Positions 63,943-64,000 of a DNA stretch of 64,000 nucleotides are shown one piece after another (the first letter of the stretch is position 1; each line of letters opens with the position of its first letter). Origin of the DNA: a virus; the IMG/VR virus record IMGVR_UViG_2784746744_000001, positions 1 through 64,000 of that record; one strand, written 5' to 3'. A program made the translations under genes and the position numbers. The notes beneath the pieces were generated by a model. The model saw only the letters and a program-made list of their open reading frames with translations, ran no database searches and had not been told where the DNA came from.

Positions 63943-64000
63943 AACCGTTGCCTAAACCAACGATTCAGCTCCCCAGCGAGGCGAAAAACCCACGCGCCGA

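Overview
This 64-kb window is about 60% GC and carries alphaproteobacterial (Rhizobiales-like) signals, including a GTTC-N7-GTTC SOS box and GGAAC-N16-CGTT EcfG-type promoters. It is almost entirely one temperate tailed-phage prophage with lambdoid gene order, and neither att site is inside the window.

Left edge, minus strand: tyrosine integrase and an AlpA/Xis-like gene, several small coupled genes, a cI/LexA-like repressor (HTH plus S24 peptidase) with TCCAAATTGGA operators, a DUF4339 membrane protein, and a second HTH/S24-like repressor. The second repressor is flanked by an identical 16-mer TTGACAAATTTGTAAA, which contains the 10-bp palindrome ACAAATTTGT and recurs at 18.78 kb and 62.63 kb.

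Early region, plus strand: Cro-like regulator, hypotheticals, three tiny hydrophobic peptides, an SPFH protein, a Sak4-like AAA_24 recombinase, DUF669, a phage-encoded beta sliding clamp (DnaN-like), a Cas4-like PD-(D/E)xK nuclease, an ECF-type sigma factor and an SF2 helicase.

Accessory island: a minus-strand ATPase plus HNH pair resembling Septu (PtuA/PtuB), an HNH-AP2 endonuclease, an N6/N4 DNA methyltransferase, a 682-aa C5 cytosine methyltransferase with about seven tandem TRD-like repeats, a primase-helicase, and a general-stress-like moron cluster (entericidin-like lipoprotein, CsbD remnant, PRC-barrel protein behind an EcfG-type promoter, DUF6894, single receiver domain).

An iteron/palindrome-rich non-coding region and a VRR-NUC gene follow. 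Then a consensus CtrA box, a tRNA-fMet-like gene plus a degenerate tRNA-like sequence, and a strong sigma70-type promoter with a structured leader in front of the packaging/head genes. These are TerS, TerL, gpW-like, portal, prohead protease and major capsid.

The tail is P2/Mu-like and contractile: spike V, PAAR, gp25/W, J, I, fibres, sheath, tube, an E/E-prime -1 frameshift, tape measure, U, X and D. Lysis follows (holin, SAR GH24 endolysin, embedded Rz/Rz1), then an SGNH hydrolase and distal cargo (Gly-rich secreted protein, PEBP, an SOS-box-controlled imuA-like gene, an S1 protease).

The most unusual signals:
- A short peptide motif [A/S]-N-D-N, usually AANDN or PANDN and often followed by an acidic/Pro stretch, recurs in at least 13 otherwise unrelated, mostly DNA-metabolism proteins. 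It sits in tails or linkers with variable codons.
- A conserved leader motif CACCACAGAGGAGA, often with TAACCACC after the preceding stop, sits in front of about 20 genes.
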